Assembly (NCBI GenBank): GCA_033442325.1
Contig: JAWQFM010000041.1
Location: forward strand, 1 to 7,580
Direction of reading: 5' to 3'
Source of the DNA: Salpingoeca rosetta
Taxonomy: Eukaryota; Protista; Choanoflagellata
DNA length: 7,580 nt
How positions within the stretch are numbered: the stretch's first letter is position 1; each line of letters begins with the position of its first letter. Of this stretch, positions 6,061 through 7,580 are shown piece by piece. The notes under the pieces were generated by a model. That model did not search any database. It was not told the DNA's origin and was given only the letters and a program-made list of their open reading frames with translations. The translations under genes and the position numbers were made by a program.

Positions 6061-6348
6061 NNNNNNNNNNNNNNNNNNNNNNNNNNNNNNNNNNNNNNNN
6101 NNNNNNNNNNNNNNNNNNNNNNNNNNNNNNNNNNNNNNNNNNNNNNNNNNNNNNNNNNNNNNNNNNNNNNNNNNNNNNNNNNNNNNNNNNNNNNNNNNNN
6201 NNNNNNNNNNNNNNNNNNNNNNNNNNNNNNNNNNNNNNNNNNNNNNNNNNNNNNNNNNNNNNNNNNNNNNNNNNNNNNNNNNNNNNNNNNNNNNNNNNNN
6301 NNNNNNNNNNNNNNNNNNNNNNNNNNNNNNNNNNNNNNNNNNNNNNNN
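6061..6348. other. Assembly gap (288 N) covering the RT C-terminus/thumb
   Basis: N run. Its size fits the roughly 95 aa expected between the flanking motifs. A true length of 3n+1 (e.g. 286 or 289) would keep pol in one frame. Confidence 0.97.
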
Positions 6349-7580
6349 GCGACTGTCAACTGGACGCAGGATGACTCGCGAATCTTCAACAATCTCAAGG
6401 CCACCATGGCCAAGTTGCCCACGTTGTGTCCCACGCTCGACCTTGATCCTACAGAGCCACTGGATCTGTTTACAGACTCCTCCGACAAAGCAGTCGGCGC
6501 TGTTCTCCAGCACAAGGGTCGCCCCATTGAGTTCTACTCCAGCACCCTTTCAGTGCATGAGCGAAACTGGCCAATCAGGCAGAAGGAGCTGTATGCCGTC
6601 ATCAAAGCTCTGCAACATTGGCGTTACCTTTGTATCGGTCGCCCCATCACTGTTTACACCGACCACAAGTCGCTCGAGCGAGTGTTGGCACAGAACAAGA
6701 TACAGGAAGCCCGCATTCAGCGATGGTCGCTCTTCCTCTCAGACTTCAACGTTACTTTCAAGTACATTCCAGGCGACAAAAACGTCGTTGCGGATGCACT
6801 CTCTCGCACCTGCATGGTCAGGGAGCTGCTTGAAGACGAAACAGTCAACATCCGCTGGTCTGACTACCTCAAAGACCCTTTCTGGGAGAAGATCATTCAC
6901 GACCTCGCGTCCTTTCCACAGTACAAACGTGTTGGCGACCTACTCTATCACAAGAACCGCATCTGCGTGCCATCTTCCAGTCATAGAAGCGTAATGGCCA
7001 TGGCGCATGATGGGCTGAGCAGTGGACATCAAGGTGTTTCCAAGTCTCAGGCCCGCGCTGCGCGCGAATTCTATTGGCCGGGGATGCACAGTGCGATTCG
7101 AGAGTACGTTGACACTTGTCACACATGCGCAACGGCAAAGAGTGGTCGTAGACTCAAGGTCCCCACCCAAGCCTTGCCGGTGGCACCATACCCGTGGCAC
7201 ACAGTCACAATGGACTTGATGGTTGGACTACCAACTACATCTCAAGGACACGACGCTATCTACGTGTTCGTAGACAAGTATTCCAAAATGGTCCATTTGG
7301 CCCCTACGTCCAGCACTGTCGATGCCCAGGGTTGTATTTCACTATTCATTCAACATGTGTACAAGTTACACGGACTCCCCGAAGTCCTCATCTCCGACAG
7401 GGATCCGCGGTTCACCGCAGCTCTGTTCAGGAAAGTCATGCACAAGTTCAGCGTGCAAATGAAAATGTCAACAGCGGCCCACGCTCAGACCGACGGACAG
7501 ACCGAAAGAGTCAACAGAGTCGTTGGGAATATGCTCCGCTCATACGCAAAGTCGAATCAAAGTGCATGGGTTGATTACCT
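6349..7580 (+). CDS. pol: Pol, part 2: RT tether, RNase H and integrase (open to the window end; absent from the ORF track)
   Basis: Manual translation from 6349 has no stop: ATVNWTQDDSRIFNNLK...LFTDSSDKAVGAVL...KELYAVIKALQHWR...VYTDHKSL...RIQRW...YIPGDKNVVADALSR (RNase H, about 6460..6807). Integrase HHCC is H7006, H7027, C7117, C7126. The catalytic triad is D7213, D7396, E7504, with exactly 35 residues between D and E. Confidence 0.96.

Larger units (their letters stand above)
3584..7580 (+). mobile_element. Ty3/gypsy (Metaviridae) LTR retrotransposon, chromovirus-like, truncated by the window end
   Basis: LTR, PBS, gag(CCHC), PR, RT, RH, IN. Integrase after RT-RH is diagnostic of the gypsy/BEL/retroviral order. 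RT motifs (SPVLFVVKKD, LRMCVDYRALN, YPLP, PFGLANAP, YLDD) and integrase HAQTDGQTERVN are typical of Ty3/gypsy chromoviruses. The 5' boundary is tentative. Confidence 0.95.

Noticed and set aside
6349-6994. ORF-track C-terminus of 3989..6994 (RLSTGRRM...) and the apparent pol frameshift
   Set aside because: An artefact of the estimated gap length; the real RNase H/integrase frame starts at 6349.

Overview
Eukaryotic genomic DNA. It has a GT-AG intron, long (CA)n tracts, low-complexity coding sequence and an assembly gap. The style suggests a choanoflagellate such as Salpingoeca, but that is inference only. The window holds three units. (1) A two-exon COA6 gene (cytochrome c oxidase assembly factor, CX9C-X8-CX10C) on the minus strand, join(615..758,177..278). 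Its 336-nt intron is a nested fold-back, and a (UG)33 tract follows its stop codon. (2) A divergent, apparently intronless CDIN1/C15orf41-like (TPD family, PD-(D/E)XK) nuclease gene on the minus strand, 1164..3412. It is split into two overlapping ORFs by a -1 frame break near 2460 and carries long low-complexity insertions. (3) The 5' part of a Ty3/gypsy, chromovirus-like LTR retrotransposon on the plus strand, head-to-head with gene 2. It has a 5' LTR ending at 3977, the PBS TGGTAGCG, and one gag-pol ORF from 4061 (CCHC, PR, RT, a 288-N gap, RNase H, integrase) that runs off the window. No prokaryotic features, RNA genes or CRISPR arrays are supported.
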